19,197 bases of DNA from Methanobacterium sp. GTDB taxonomy: Archaea > Methanobacteriota > Methanobacteria > Methanobacteriales > Methanobacteriaceae. The notes beneath the pieces are model-generated. The model worked only from the letters and a program-made list of their open reading frames with translations, was not told the DNA's origin and did no database searches. The stretch spans positions 1 to 19,197 of the forward strand of contig PMWA01000116.1 in NCBI GenBank assembly GCA_003166335.1. Direction: 5' to 3'. Below are positions 18,810 to 19,197 of this stretch, piece by piece. The position numbers and the translations under genes are program-made. The first letter of the stretch is position 1, and each line of letters begins with the position of its first letter.

Positions 18810-19197
18810 TTAATTCTACCCACAACATTTTTTTAGATGTTTCTGTAATATTTATTTCTTTGAACTAATCAAATATTTGAAATTAATTTTCGTGATAATT
18901 TGGTAATACTCCAAGATCAATTGATAGAATACATTTGACATCTATGTCATTTAAATGATATAATGAGTCCGAATAATATAAAGAAAACGTGATTTATATT
19001 TTTTGAGATCATTTATAAATTTTTGCCTGTGATTTCAAGGTCCATGAATGTCTTTTTAATTTAGATTTTTCCAATTTTTGATTATCGAGTGAGGATTACT
19101 CAAAAAAAATTCTGGCAAATATATTAAATATTTAAAAAAAAACAAGAAAGTTTGAAAATAACTTTAGATTAAACTATATTTTACTTTGCTTAAGGTT

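Overview
AT-rich archaeal-type window, most consistent with a Methanobacteriales methanogen (inferred from DUF371, a DUF123 GIY-YIG protein, a tRNA without encoded CCA, and a small Cys-rich protein). It starts in tRNA-Leu(GAG). A patchwork accessory region follows, mostly small-molecule detox, transport and repair genes: COG4280 membrane protein, truncated epoxide hydrolase, TetR plus alpha/beta hydrolase, VOC remnant, HXXEE protein, AlkA, C45 Ntn-hydrolase, MFS pump, a two-gene membrane module, an HTH-nucleotidyltransferase remnant, an orphan receiver protein, a frameshifted phage-like gene and fumC. The most unusual features are: (i) decayed copies of genes that are intact elsewhere in the window, including a three-part mosaic at 9.2-9.55 kb with its pieces in reversed order; (ii) a 12-codon leader ORF with a duplicated Shine-Dalgarno site coupled to the C45 gene; (iii) a hydrolase with Ala at the nucleophile position; (iv) an uncharacterised membrane-anchored PLD-like two-gene module. 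No integrase, transposase or CRISPR array was seen. Family calls come from motif recognition, not database searches.
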